From: Oscillospiraceae bacterium | GTDB lineage: Bacteria > Bacillota > Clostridia > Oscillospirales > Ruminococcaceae | Reading direction: 5' to 3' | Assembly (NCBI GenBank): GCA_045118955.1 | Contig: JBGVKB010000018.1 | Coordinates: forward strand, 281 to 64,280 | DNA length: 64,000 bases | Shown: positions 40,291 to 49,994 of the stretch, piece by piece | Numbering within the stretch: the first letter of the stretch is position 1 | Layout of the letters: every line of letters begins with the position of its first letter | Position numbers and translations under genes: made by a program | Notes under the pieces: generated by a model | Told to the model about the DNA's origin: nothing | The model's database searches: none | Seen by the model: the letters and a program-made list of their open reading frames with translations, nothing else

Positions 40291-41142
40291 TTGGAATCTA
40301 TGGACACGATGAAGAAATTGCAGCTTCAGCGCATCGCATGCCACGTCCGTCAGGGCGTGGTGGAGGGAGTTTTCCACGCAAAGTCCGGTCATCCCGGCGG
40401 CTCTCTCTCCATCGCTGACACCTTGACCTATCTGTACTTTGACCAGATGAAGGTCGACCCTGCCAACCCCCAGTGGGAGGATCGTGACCGTCTGGTGCTG
40501 TCCAAGGGTCACTGCTGCCCCGGCCTGTACTCTGTGCTGGCTGAGAAGGGCTTTTTTGACAAGGCTGAGCTGCAGAAGCTGCGCCACATCGGCGCCATGC
40601 TGCAGGGTCACCCCGACATGAAGGGCATCCCCGGCGTGGATATGAGCTCCGGCTCTCTGGGTCAGGGCATCTCTGCCGCCTGCGGCATCGCGCTGGCCGG
40701 CAAGCTGAAGAAGGCCGACTGGAAGGTCTATGCCATTCTGGGTGACGGTGAGATCGAGGAGGGCCAGGTTTGGGAGGCCGCCATGTTTGCGGCGCACCAA
40801 AAGCTGGACAACCTGATCGCTGTTGTGGACAACAACAACCTGCAGATCGACGGCCGTGTGTCCGATGTGTGCTCCGTGTACCCCATCGATGACAAGTTCC
40901 GCGCCTTCGGCTGGGAGGTGTTCCTGGCGGACGCCCACGACTTTGACAGTCTGGAAGCCGCCTTTACCGCTGCTGCTGCCGTTGAGGGCAAGCCTGCGGT
41001 CGTGATCCAGAAATCCATCAAGGGCAAGGGTGTTTCCTTCATGGAGGACAAGGCCGGCTGGCACGGCAAGGCCCCCAACAAGGAGCAGTACGAGCAGGCG
41101 ATGGCAGAACTGAAGGCGGCCGAAGCCGCGATGGAGGGCTGA
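40291..41142 (+). CDS. Transketolase, N-terminal (TPP-binding) subunit
   Basis: GHPGGSLS, SKGHCCPGLY and GDGEIEEGQVWEA motifs. Confidence 0.9.
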   Translation: MESMDTMKKLQLQRIACHVRQGVVEGVFHAKSGHPGGSLSIADTLTYLYFDQMKVDPANPQWEDRDRLVLSKGHCCPGLYSVLAEKGFFDKAELQKLRHIGAMLQGHPDMKGIPGVDMSSGSLGQGISAACGIALAGKLKKADWKVYAILGDGEIEEGQVWEAAMFAAHQKLDNLIAVVDNNNLQIDGRVSDVCSVYPIDDKFRAFGWEVFLADAHDFDSLEAAFTAAAAVEGKPAVVIQKSIKGKGVSFMEDKAGWHGKAPNKEQYEQAMAELKAAEAAMEG

Positions 41143-41144
41143 AC

Positions 41145-42092
41145 ATGTCGGAAGTGAAGAAGATCGCAACTCGCGAGAGTTATGGCCGCACCCTGGCTGA
41201 GCTGGGTGCTGTGAATGACCGCATTGTGGTGCTGGATGCCGACCTGGCCGAGTCCACCAAGACTGCCATGTTTCAGGAGAAGTTCCCCGACCGCCACTTT
41301 GATTGCGGCATCGCCGAGGCCAACATGATGAGCATCGCCGCAGGTCTGGCGGCTGCCGGCATGGTTCCCTTTGCCTCCAGCTTTGCCATGTTTGCGGCCG
41401 GCCGTGCTTACGAGCAGATCCGCAACTCCATCGGCTATCCCCATCTGAACGTCAAGGTCTGCGCTTCCCATGCGGGCATCTCCGTGGGCGAGGACGGCGC
41501 GACCCATCAGTGCATCGAGGATCTGTCCTTGATGCGCAACATCCCCGGCATGGTGGTGCTGAACCCCGCCGATGACACCGAGACCGCTCTGGCCGTGCGC
41601 GCCGCCGCCGAGTACGTCGGCCCCGTGTATATGCGCCTTGGCCGTCTGGCTGTGCCTGTCATCAACGATCCCGAGACCTATAAGTTCGAGATCGGCAAGG
41701 CGGTCACCCTGCGCGAGGGCACCGATGCCACCATCTGCGCCACCGGCCTAATGGTCGCACGTGCCATCGAGGCTGCCAAGATGCTGGAGGCCGAGGGCAT
41801 CAACGTACGTGTGCTGAACATCCACACCATCAAGCCCATGGACGCTGAGGCGGTCTGCAAGGCCGCTCAGGAGACCGGTGCCATCGTCACCGCCGAGGAG
41901 CACAGCGTCATCGGTGGTCTGTACAGCGCCGTGTGTGAGAGCCTGCTGGGCAACGGCGTGGCCTGCAAGGTGCTGCCCGTGGCTGTTATGGACGAGTTCG
42001 GTCAGTCCGGCCCTGCTGAGGCCTTGCTGACCCTGTACGGCCTGACCGCTGAGTGCATCGTTGAGCGGGTGAAGGAGGCCATCGGCCGCTGA
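41145..42092 (+). CDS. Transketolase, C-terminal (pyrimidine-binding) subunit
   Basis: FDCGIAEANMMSIAAGLA and GEDGATHQCIEDL motifs. Starts 2 nt after the N-subunit stop. Confidence 0.9.
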   Translation: MSEVKKIATRESYGRTLAELGAVNDRIVVLDADLAESTKTAMFQEKFPDRHFDCGIAEANMMSIAAGLAAAGMVPFASSFAMFAAGRAYEQIRNSIGYPHLNVKVCASHAGISVGEDGATHQCIEDLSLMRNIPGMVVLNPADDTETALAVRAAAEYVGPVYMRLGRLAVPVINDPETYKFEIGKAVTLREGTDATICATGLMVARAIEAAKMLEAEGINVRVLNIHTIKPMDAEAVCKAAQETGAIVTAEEHSVIGGLYSAVCESLLGNGVACKVLPVAVMDEFGQSGPAEALLTLYGLTAECIVERVKEAIGR

Positions 42093-42134
42093 TCAAACGG
42101 ATCAACGTCCGGAGCCTTTTAATTTGATATTTGG

Positions 42135-42185
42135 CCGCGACCCCTGCGTGCCTGTCCGAATGGGCAGACTGCGCGGGGGTCGCGG
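42135..42185. other. Long GC-rich imperfect hairpin, no U-tract
   Basis: CCGCGACCCC...(CTGTCC-gaat-GGGCAG inner stem)...GGGGTCGCGG, between the transketolase and the dnaD-like gene. Confidence 0.4.
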
Positions 42186-42220
42186 ATTCTAAGCGACGAG
42201 AAGGGAGGCCCTGAGGGCAT

Positions 42221-43129
42221 ATGACCTATCGCATCTGTCCCCAGCACGGGGACTCCATTGCCGTGCCGCAGCTTGTGTTCACCAATCTGGCGCGGGCAGA
42301 CGAGTGCGCCGTTCGGGTCGCGCTTTATGTCCTGTCCACCGGCAGCACCGACCCGCGTGACATTGCGCACGCGCTCGGTCTGAAAAGTGTGCGCATGGCG
42401 GAAAACGCCCTGCGCTGGTGGGCAGGCGCCGGCCTTTTGGAAGCGGACAAGGGGAGTGGGATCCCCACGGCTCCGAAGGAGCTGCTCAGCGCGGAGGAGA
42501 TTCGACTGTCCGCCCTTCGCGACCCTATGGTGGCCACCCTGACCACCGAGGTGCAGATGTATCTGGGCAAAACGCTCGGCTCCCGGGATATGCAGCGGCT
42601 GGTTTCGCTGTATCTTCAGGACGAGTACGCCGTGGAAGTCATTTTGCTCTGTGCGGCCCATGTGGCAGGGCAGGGCAAGTGTACCTTGGGTGCGCTGGAT
42701 CGGGAACTGCGCGACTGGCGGCAGGCCGGCGTGGAGACCGGCGAGGATGCGGAGCAGTACCTGAAGCTGCTGCAGCTCCGTGCGGAGCGCGAGAACCGCG
42801 CCGCAGAGCTGCTGCACCTGACCGCGGGAGATCTGACCCTGGCGGATCGACGAACCATTCGGCGCTGGTACGAGGAAATGCGTTTTGACGATGCCATGGT
42901 GGCGGAGGCGGTCCTGCAGGCGGATGGAAAAAACGAGGTCCGCTATGTGAACGGCATCCTAAAGTCCTGGCACGGGCGCGGTCTGCGCACGGTGGCCGAG
43001 GTGCGCGGCAGCGGTACGCTGTCCGCCCCTGAGAGCGGCAGTCTGCGGGTGGATCGCAGCGAGCCGTCGGGCCATGACATTCTGAAGCGAAAGGGTGGCC
43101 GCCCCCTGCGGCTGAAACGGGAGGACTGA
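42221..43129 (+). CDS. DnaD-domain replication initiation / membrane attachment family protein
   Basis: Two DnaD/DnaB_2-like helical repeats (..DMQRLVSLYLQDEYAVEVILLC..; ..VRYVNGILKSWHGRGLRT..). It is directly followed by a helicase-loader gene. Confidence 0.75.
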   Translation: MTYRICPQHGDSIAVPQLVFTNLARADECAVRVALYVLSTGSTDPRDIAHALGLKSVRMAENALRWWAGAGLLEADKGSGIPTAPKELLSAEEIRLSALRDPMVATLTTEVQMYLGKTLGSRDMQRLVSLYLQDEYAVEVILLCAAHVAGQGKCTLGALDRELRDWRQAGVETGEDAEQYLKLLQLRAERENRAAELLHLTAGDLTLADRRTIRRWYEEMRFDDAMVAEAVLQADGKNEVRYVNGILKSWHGRGLRTVAEVRGSGTLSAPESGSLRVDRSEPSGHDILKRKGGRPLRLKRED

Positions 43130-43132
43130 TCC

Positions 43133-44104
43133 ATGCGAAGCAGAGAGGAATTGTTCCGTGAAGCCCAGCGGCGGGTGGCGGCCCGGCGTCAGCGCGCGGT
43201 CACACAGGCGCAGGCGGTGTCGGCGCAGGCCCATGCCGCGATCCCGGAATTGCAGCGTGCGGAGGATGAGATCACCCGTCTTGGGTTTGAGCGTGCCCAG
43301 CTTGCCGCTAAGGGCGCCGGCCGTGAAGTGCAGCAGGCGGCCCGGGAACGGCAGCAGGCGGCCCGGGAGGCTCGGGCGGCGCTGCTGCGTGCGCATGGTT
43401 ACGCGCCGGAGAGTCTGGAACCCACCTACATCTGCGCGGAATGCCGTGACACAGGCGTGCGGGAGGGGAGAGTCTGCTCCTGCGTGCTGAAGCTGAGCCG
43501 CCGCCTGCGGCGGGAGGAGATCAATGCGGCTTCGGCCCTGAGCATCTCCAGCTTCGATACCATGGACACCTCGCTCTACCCGGATCGCTTTGACCCGGAT
43601 TACGGCACGACCGTGCGCACCTACATGACCGAAACGCTGGAGGCTCTGCAGGAGTACGCGGAGCATTTTGATATGCGCAGCTCCAACCTGCTCATCACCG
43701 GCAACGCCGGGCTTGGCAAGACCCATGCGGCGCTGGCCATCGCGGGCATCGTGCTGGACCGCGGCTACGATGTGATTTATGTGAGCGCGCAGGACCTGTT
43801 CGCCCATCTGGAGAAAAATCGATTTGAGGACGATGACACCATGATGGAGGCGGTGCTCGGCGCGGATCTGCTGATCCTGGACGATCTGGGCACCGAGTAC
43901 GCCACCAGCTATATGCTGAGCTGCTTCTATACCATCGTGAATACCCGGCTCAGCGGCAAGCGCCCCACCATCTACACCTCGAACATCGTGGACGGTACCA
44001 TGTTCGAGAAGCGCTACACCGAGAAAATCGCCAGCCGGCTGGGCGGAAGCTGTGAGCCGATCGCCTTTTTGGGCGAGGACATCCGCCACATCAAAAACTC
44101 CTGA
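43133..44104 (+). CDS. DnaI/DnaC-like helicase loader AAA+ ATPase
   Basis: N-terminal Cys cluster (CAECRDTG..CSC), Walker A LLITGNAGLGKTHAA, Walker B LLILDDLGTE. Confidence 0.8.
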   Translation: MRSREELFREAQRRVAARRQRAVTQAQAVSAQAHAAIPELQRAEDEITRLGFERAQLAAKGAGREVQQAARERQQAAREARAALLRAHGYAPESLEPTYICAECRDTGVREGRVCSCVLKLSRRLRREEINAASALSISSFDTMDTSLYPDRFDPDYGTTVRTYMTETLEALQEYAEHFDMRSSNLLITGNAGLGKTHAALAIAGIVLDRGYDVIYVSAQDLFAHLEKNRFEDDDTMMEAVLGADLLILDDLGTEYATSYMLSCFYTIVNTRLSGKRPTIYTSNIVDGTMFEKRYTEKIASRLGGSCEPIAFLGEDIRHIKNS

Positions 44105-44114
44105 ATGAACAACG

Positions 44115-44157
44115 AAAACCACCCCTTCGGAGCCATTGGTCCCGAAGGGGTGGTTTT
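44115..44157. terminator. Bidirectional intrinsic terminator
   Basis: AAAACCACCCCTTCGG-(11 nt)-CCGAAGGGGTGGTTTT between convergent stops at 44104 (+) and 44170 (-). Confidence 0.65.
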
Positions 44158-44169
44158 GTTTGGAGGGTG

Positions 44170-45156
44170 TTACAGCATCGTAGCGCGCAGCTCCTCATCG
44201 CTCAGCAGGGCGATGTAGCGGGGGGCGATGTCGAGCACGGTGCGGCAGCCCGTCTGCCCCTCCTGACTCAGGCGGTAGACGGCGCGGGCGTAGGCCACCA
44301 GCACGGAAGAGGTGAACTCGGGGTTGGAGTCCAGCTTCAGGCTGTACTCGATGACGTTGTCGTTCTCGGCGTTGGGGCCGGTCTTGCCGGTGTGGATGAC
44401 GAAGCCGCCGTGGGGCATACCGCCGTGCTCCTCGTTCAGCTCCTGCTGGGAGATGAAGCGGACGGTGGTATCGTAGTCATCGAAGTAGTTGGGCATATTC
44501 ACGATCTCGCTGCGGATGGCGCGCAGATCGGCGCCCTCCTCGGCGACCACATAGCACTCGCGGGTGTGCTTCTGGCGGGCGGTCAACACGGGAGCCTCGC
44601 CGGCGCGGACCTGCTCCAGAGCGCGATCCACGGGAATGGTGTACTGGCGGGCATCCTTGACGCCCTTGATGCGGCGGATGGCATCGGAGTGACCCTGACT
44701 GACGCCCTTACCCCAGAAGGTGTAGACATGCCCCTGCGGCAGGATGGACTGAGCCAGAACACGGTTCAGCGAGAACATACCGGGATCCCAGCCGATGGAG
44801 ATGGCGGCCACCTTGCCGCCTTCCTTGGCGGCGGCGTCCACTGCGGCGAAGTGAGCGGGGATGTTGGCGTGGGTGTCGAAGCTGTCCACAATGTTGAACA
44901 TACGGGCAAAGTGCGGGCTCTGCTTGGGCAGATCGGTGGCGCTGCCGCCGCACAGGATCATCACGTCGATCTGATCCTGCATGGACTCAGCGTCTTCCAG
45001 ACGATAGACCTTCACGCCGGGGGTGAGGATGCTCACCGAGGCGGGGTCACGGCGGGTAAAGACGCCCACCAGCTCCATATCAGGACAGTTGCGGATGGCC
45101 AGCTCTGTGCCGCGGCCCAGATTGCCGTAGCCGAGAATGCCGATTCGAATGCTCAT
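44170..45156 (-). CDS. ddh: meso-Diaminopimelate D-dehydrogenase
   Basis: It aligns along its length with the Corynebacterium Ddh sequence as I recall it (IGILGYGNLGR.., GWDPGMFS, FWGKGVSQGHSDA, MPHGGFV). GAGGAG RBS. Confidence 0.85.
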   Translation of the reverse strand: MSIRIGILGYGNLGRGTELAIRNCPDMELVGVFTRRDPASVSILTPGVKVYRLEDAESMQDQIDVMILCGGSATDLPKQSPHFARMFNIVDSFDTHANIPAHFAAVDAAAKEGGKVAAISIGWDPGMFSLNRVLAQSILPQGHVYTFWGKGVSQGHSDAIRRIKGVKDARQYTIPVDRALEQVRAGEAPVLTARQKHTRECYVVAEEGADLRAIRSEIVNMPNYFDDYDTTVRFISQQELNEEHGGMPHGGFVIHTGKTGPNAENDNVIEYSLKLDSNPEFTSSVLVAYARAVYRLSQEGQTGCRTVLDIAPRYIALLSDEELRATML

Positions 45157-45250
45157 TTTCTTTCGCTCCTCTCATGATGGAGTGCCCGGCAGACACCGCC
45201 GGGCGCAAACTTACTTATACTTTCTCTATTTCCTAACCGCAAATGCGGGG

Positions 45251-46462
45251 TCAGGCGTGAAATACGTGCTCCTCCAGCCGCCGGAAAGCCTCCTGCACCC
45301 GGCTGAAGGGGAGTGCCAGATTCATGCGGATGTGGCAAGGCCCGTTGAACATACGACCGTCCTGCCAAGCGACGCCCACATCCCAGCCGGCCTGCAGCAG
45401 CTCATCAAGGGTTCGGCCGTGGGCGGCGCACCAGTCGGCGCAGTCCAAAAACAGCATATAGGTGCCCTCGGGCTTGGAGACGTGGATCTCCGGAACATGG
45501 GTGCGGAGAAATTCGCAGGCAAATTGCGCATTCTGCCCCAGTACCTGACACAGCTCCTCCACCCAGCAGTGGCCCTCCTCGCTGTAAGCGCCGATGAGCG
45601 CGTGCATGGAGAGGACATTCATGTGATTGTAGTGGCATTTGGAAGCCTTGGAGCGGACACGATCCTGCAGGTAGGGGTCGTAGATGATGTGGTAGCTGCT
45701 CACCAAGCCGGCCAGGTTAAAGGTCTTGCTGGGGGCATACAGAGCCACGGTGCGCCGCCGGGCGTCCTCGCTCATCGACTGGGTGGGAATGTGACGGTTG
45801 CCATACAGCAGGATGTCCGACCAGATCTCATCCGAGATCACAACGCAGTTGTTGGTACGGAAGACCTCCATGGCGCGCTCCAACTCCCAGCGCTCCCAGA
45901 CGCGCCCGCAGGGGTTGTGAGGGCTGCAGAAGATGGCCACATGGATGTGGTGCGCCTTCAGCTTGGCATCCATGTCCTCAAAATCCATCCGCCAAATGCC
46001 GTTTTGATCCAGCTTCAGCGGGCTGTGTACGATCTTGAAGCCGTTGTTGCGCAGGTTGCTGGTGAAGCCGCTGTAGGTGGGGCTGTGCAGCAGCACCCCA
46101 TCGCCGGGGCTGGCAAAGGCGGTCAGCGCGGCGAGCACGCCGCCCACAACGCCGCTCTCATGGCCGATGCAATTCCGATCCAGCCCGGTGACGCCGTTGC
46201 GCCGCTCGTGCCAGCGGATGATGGCATCGTAGTATTCATCGGTGGGGTTGTAGTAGCCGTAGGCCGGGTGCTTCGCCCGGGCGATGATCGCCTGCGGCAC
46301 CGTGGGCACGGTGGGGAAGTTCATGTCGGCCACCCACATGGGGATCACATCGAAGCCCTCCTTGGGCGGGGTGGGGGCAAACCCGGGAATGGTGCCAAGG
46401 CCGTCCACGGCGAGGGCATCCAAGCCGTGCCGATCCAGAATGGAGGTGAAATCATAGGTCAT
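45251..46462 (-). CDS. PatB/MalY-type PLP-dependent C-S lyase (class I/II aminotransferase fold)
   Basis: MTYDFTSILDRHG.., DMNFPT, GYY and SPSKTFNLAGL (PLP lysine motif). ATG at 46462 follows AGGAG; the upstream track extension was rejected. Confidence 0.8.
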   Translation of the reverse strand: MTYDFTSILDRHGLDALAVDGLGTIPGFAPTPPKEGFDVIPMWVADMNFPTVPTVPQAIIARAKHPAYGYYNPTDEYYDAIIRWHERRNGVTGLDRNCIGHESGVVGGVLAALTAFASPGDGVLLHSPTYSGFTSNLRNNGFKIVHSPLKLDQNGIWRMDFEDMDAKLKAHHIHVAIFCSPHNPCGRVWERWELERAMEVFRTNNCVVISDEIWSDILLYGNRHIPTQSMSEDARRRTVALYAPSKTFNLAGLVSSYHIIYDPYLQDRVRSKASKCHYNHMNVLSMHALIGAYSEEGHCWVEELCQVLGQNAQFACEFLRTHVPEIHVSKPEGTYMLFLDCADWCAAHGRTLDELLQAGWDVGVAWQDGRMFNGPCHIRMNLALPFSRVQEAFRRLEEHVFHA

Positions 46463-46497
46463 GGGGAAGTCTCCTGTCGATTTAACGCATAATTGAG

Positions 46498-47871
46498 TCA
46501 AACAGGCTCTGTGTCGCGGGTCAGCAGAGCCACGCATTCCACATGGCGGGTGCGGGGGAAGAAGTCCGCCGGGCGCACCATCTGCGGCGTATAGCCTCGG
46601 TCAGTCAGATACCGCACATCCCGGGCGGCGGTGGCCGGGTTGCAGCTGATCATTACCACACGGCGGGGGGCCATGGTGAGCACCGCATCCAGTGTGGGCT
46701 GGTCGCAGCCCTTGCGGGGCGGATCCAGCAGAATGACGTCCGGCTTCAGTCCCTCCGCGGCCAACTGGGCGGCGGCCTGCCCCGCATCGGCGCAGATGAA
46801 GCGCGCCTTGTCCGACAGTCCCATCTCGGCGGCGTTGCGGGCGGCGCTGTCCACCGCCTCCTGAATGATCTCCACACCGACCAGACGGTCGCAGTCCTGT
46901 GCCATGGAAAGGCCGATAGTGCCCATGCCGCAGTAGAGATCCAGCAGCAGATCGTTCGGATGAAGCTGCGCCAGTGCGCGGGCTTCCGCATACAGGCGCT
47001 CCGCGCTGGGGGTGTTCACCTGATAGAAAGACAGGGGGCCGAGCCGAACCGGAACGCCGCTCATGGTGTCCTCAATGTAGGGCGGGCCGTACAGGGGGAT
47101 GCTCTCGAGGCCGGTGATGACGTTGGTTCGACGGGTGTTCACGTTCAGAAGAATGGACGAGATGTCGGGGAATTGCTCCCGCATTTCGCGGCAAAAATCC
47201 TCCGCATGGGGCAAACTGCGCCCATTGACCACCAGACACAGCATGATCTGCCCGGAGTGGTACCCTCTGCGCAGGAAAATGTGCCGCACAAGGCCGGTGT
47301 GTCTGGTCTCATCGTAGGGGTCGACGTGATTGCGATCCATCCAGCCGCAGACCGCGTCGGCGATGCGGTTCAGCACTTCGGGCTGCAGCAGACAATCGCC
47401 GCAGGGGACCACACGGTGGGTGCGCCCGGCGTAAAAACCGGCGACGGTGCGTCCGTCTGCGCCGCGCTGCACCGGGTATTGTACCTTGTTGCGGTAACGA
47501 TCCTCCTCGGGGGAGCCGAGAATGGGCAGAGCGGGCAGCTCCAACCCGCCAATGCGGGCGAAGGCGTCCTCGACAAAGCTCTGCTTTGCGTTCAGTTCCG
47601 CCTCATAGGTCAGATGGCGGAAGCAGCAGCCGCCACAGGGGCGGCAGACCGGGCAGTCCTCCTGCCGGTGGGCAGGGGAAGGCTCGTCCAGATGCTCCAC
47701 GATGCCATAGGCATAGCGCTTGCAATCCTTGACGATACGAGCCGTCAGCCGATCGCCGGGGGCGGTGCCGGGTACAAAGATGGCCTGCCCCTCAAAACGC
47801 CCCACACCACTGCCCTCGCTGCTCAGACTTTCGATCAGAAGGGGGATCAATTGATTTTTCTTTACAGACAT
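46498..47871 (-). CDS. 23S rRNA (uracil-5)-methyltransferase, RumA/RlmD family
   Basis: N-terminal TRAM (GSGVGRFEGQAIFVPGTAPGD), 4-Cys Fe-S motif (CPVCRPCGGCCF), SAM motif LLDLYCGMGTIG, catalytic ISCNPAT. Confidence 0.85.
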   Translation of the reverse strand: MSVKKNQLIPLLIESLSSEGSGVGRFEGQAIFVPGTAPGDRLTARIVKDCKRYAYGIVEHLDEPSPAHRQEDCPVCRPCGGCCFRHLTYEAELNAKQSFVEDAFARIGGLELPALPILGSPEEDRYRNKVQYPVQRGADGRTVAGFYAGRTHRVVPCGDCLLQPEVLNRIADAVCGWMDRNHVDPYDETRHTGLVRHIFLRRGYHSGQIMLCLVVNGRSLPHAEDFCREMREQFPDISSILLNVNTRRTNVITGLESIPLYGPPYIEDTMSGVPVRLGPLSFYQVNTPSAERLYAEARALAQLHPNDLLLDLYCGMGTIGLSMAQDCDRLVGVEIIQEAVDSAARNAAEMGLSDKARFICADAGQAAAQLAAEGLKPDVILLDPPRKGCDQPTLDAVLTMAPRRVVMISCNPATAARDVRYLTDRGYTPQMVRPADFFPRTRHVECVALLTRDTEPV

Positions 47872-47874
47872 AAA

Positions 47875-48873
47875 TCAGCCCTCATAAACCAGAAGGGGAA
47901 TGTGGAACTGCTGGCCATCTGCCGGAATGTCCAGCCCCATCAGCGGGGCTTCCTCGGCGGCCAGATTGCGCACCAGCGTGCGCACGGTACGGGTGACGGT
48001 GACCAGGTCATAATAAACTGCGGCCATAGCCCCCGCCTCGACCACCTCTTTGGCATCGGTCTCGGTCATGGCGAAGCCGCCCAGCAGGGTGGGGGTCTCA
48101 CCTTCCAGCAGGCCGTGCTGTGCCGCCAGCGCGAATGCTTCATCGCCGCTGCTGTGGCCGCCGAACAGGATCAGCTCGGGGGTGCCGCTCAAGGTGGCGG
48201 CAGGCTCGGCAGCCGCATCCTCCACGGGCTCCTGCTCGATCAGGGTCACCGGGTCGTTGTAGACACCGTAATGCTCGCATTCGATCAGGAAGGCATTCAA
48301 AAATTCTTGGCTGAAGGGGGTTTCGTCTGTGCCGAAGGCGATGTACTGCATCAGATGGTCGTCGTTTCGATCGGGCAGCGCGCCATCGCGGAATTCCTCG
48401 GCAAAGAGCTTACCCAGCGCCTCACCGCCGCCGGCCGCCTCACTGCCCACATACCACGCCATGGGGTGGTTCAGCACCGGCTGCGCGGGGGCGGGGCCGG
48501 CCATGACCACGGGGATGTTCTTCTGCAAAAGACGAATGGCGAGCTGGCCGGTTCGGCTGCTGCTTCCGGTCGCAATAACGACGGCTTTCAGCGCAAAGTC
48601 CTCATGGTCGCACAGCTCCTGCAGGGCAGTGGGCAGGGAATTGGATTCCGGTTCGATGTGCTGAACGATGTATTCGGGGTCACTGGTGTCGATGGCGCCA
48701 AGCTCGATGTACTCCGCGCCGGCTTCATCCGCCAGAAGAACGACCACAGGCTGTGGGGCGTATTCGCCGTTGGCGGCCTGCCAGACCATCCAGCACAGCC
48801 CGCAGCCGGCAAGGCAGACGAGGAAAATCAGGATGCGCTGCACCCATTCATTTTGAGAAAACTTCGATAACAA
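47875..48873 (-). CDS. Membrane-anchored protein with periplasmic-binding-protein (LacI/ribose-type)-like ectodomain; function unknown
   Basis: N-terminal TM ILIFLVCLAGCGLCWMVW, then alternating beta-alpha segments (VVVLLAD.., AVVIATGSS.., IPVVMAG..). Its stop lies 3 nt before the rumA start. Confidence 0.5.
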   Translation of the reverse strand: MLSKFSQNEWVQRILIFLVCLAGCGLCWMVWQAANGEYAPQPVVVLLADEAGAEYIELGAIDTSDPEYIVQHIEPESNSLPTALQELCDHEDFALKAVVIATGSSSRTGQLAIRLLQKNIPVVMAGPAPAQPVLNHPMAWYVGSEAAGGGEALGKLFAEEFRDGALPDRNDDHLMQYIAFGTDETPFSQEFLNAFLIECEHYGVYNDPVTLIEQEPVEDAAAEPAATLSGTPELILFGGHSSGDEAFALAAQHGLLEGETPTLLGGFAMTETDAKEVVEAGAMAAVYYDLVTVTRTVRTLVRNLAAEEAPLMGLDIPADGQQFHIPLLVYEG

Positions 48874-48897
48874 GAGGATTCACCGTGCTTTCTGGGG

Positions 48898-49743
48898 TCA
48901 CTGCCCGGTGGCTTCAAGGCTGGCCAGATACTTGCTGGGCGGCACGCCCTTGGCCTTCTTGAACACACGGGAGAAGTAGAACTGGTCGAAGAAGCCCACC
49001 GAGACCGCGATCTCGGCGATGGAAAGCTGCGAGTTGCGCAGCAGATGGCAGGCTTCGCTGATGCGATAGCCGGTCAGATAATCAATGGGGCTTTGGCCCA
49101 CGTTGCTCATGAACACGCGGTAAAGGTGACTGCGGCTGACGCCCACCGCCTTGGCAATGTCGTCGATGCTGATGTCGTGGGAATAGTTGAACTGGATGTA
49201 TTTTACCGCATTGAACACATACTGAGAGCTGGAATTCGCCGTGCGCGGCTCCATCTCCTGTGCCTCTTTGATCAGACCAGCCATAAAGATGTAGAGGTAG
49301 CCCACCATCATGGCCTCGCTCTGGGGATCAGGCCCACGGGAGAGGAAAATATTGTTCAGGGCGTTGCGCACATTCTCCATGTCCTTGCAGTGGTAGACCG
49401 GGCTTGCGTCCGAGAAGGGGGTCTGCTGGACGAGGCGGTTGGCGCAGGCGCCGTTGAAGCCCACCCAGTAGTATTCCCACGGGTCGGCGGCGTCCGCACT
49501 GTAGGAGATGAGCTGATTAGGTTTAACCAAAAACAAGTCGCCCGTGCCCAGCTCGTAGGTCTTTCCGTTTACTTTATAGGTGCCTTTGCCTGCCACCACC
49601 AGATGGATCAGGTAATGGTCGCGGATGCCGGGGCCCCAAGTGTGCCCAGGGATGCAGCGCTCCTGACCGCAGTTGAAGATGGAAAGCTCCACATTGTCGG
49701 TGTAGTTTTGTTTGAAGGACTGTTTGTAGACGTTGGCCATCAA
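48898..49743 (-). CDS. AraC-family transcriptional regulator (cupin sensor + HTH)
   Basis: Cupin-like N-domain (HYLIHLVVAGKGTY..GDLFLV) and a C-terminal double HTH (IDDIAKAVGVSRSHLYRVF.. / IAEIAVSVGFFDQFYFSRVFKK). Confidence 0.85.
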   Translation of the reverse strand: MMANVYKQSFKQNYTDNVELSIFNCGQERCIPGHTWGPGIRDHYLIHLVVAGKGTYKVNGKTYELGTGDLFLVKPNQLISYSADAADPWEYYWVGFNGACANRLVQQTPFSDASPVYHCKDMENVRNALNNIFLSRGPDPQSEAMMVGYLYIFMAGLIKEAQEMEPRTANSSSQYVFNAVKYIQFNYSHDISIDDIAKAVGVSRSHLYRVFMSNVGQSPIDYLTGYRISEACHLLRNSQLSIAEIAVSVGFFDQFYFSRVFKKAKGVPPSKYLASLEATGQ

Positions 49744-49832
49744 ATCACCCCGTTAAATCATGTGCCATAAATCGGCAAGTATATTATAGCAGAGCGTTCA
49801 ACAAAAGTCCATGTCAAAGTGAGAAAACCGTG

Positions 49833-49860
49833 TTTACATCAAAAAAATAATTGATATAAT
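49833..49860 (+). promoter_or_regulatory. Putative extended -10 promoter of galK
   Basis: TTTACA (49833-49838), a 16-nt spacer, then TGaTATAAT (49852-49860). Divergent from the AraC gene. Confidence 0.55.
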
Positions 49861-49994
49861 GAAGGAGACGACCGCCGCAGAGGTGGATATTGCACGATTT
49901 TTCGCGCGCTGCACCCATAAAGAATGGTACGGCACCTTCTGGCAAAGCGGCCCGCAGGGGCGGGTGTACAAAAAAATATGTGGAGGTTACCCAT

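Noticed and set aside
40291-42092. Transketolase split into two ORFs as a frameshifted pseudogene.
   Set aside because: The two-subunit (N- and C-terminal) transketolase is a well-known arrangement in Clostridia and archaea. Both halves have their own RBS and start, are 2 nt apart, and carry intact motifs.
42221-44104. The DnaD-like plus DnaI/DnaC-like pair as a prophage or ICE replication module.
   Set aside because: There is no integrase, repressor, terminase, att-like repeat or compositional shift nearby. The pair is flanked by transketolase and ddh and has its own terminator. Firmicute chromosomes carry such a pair as essential primosome genes.
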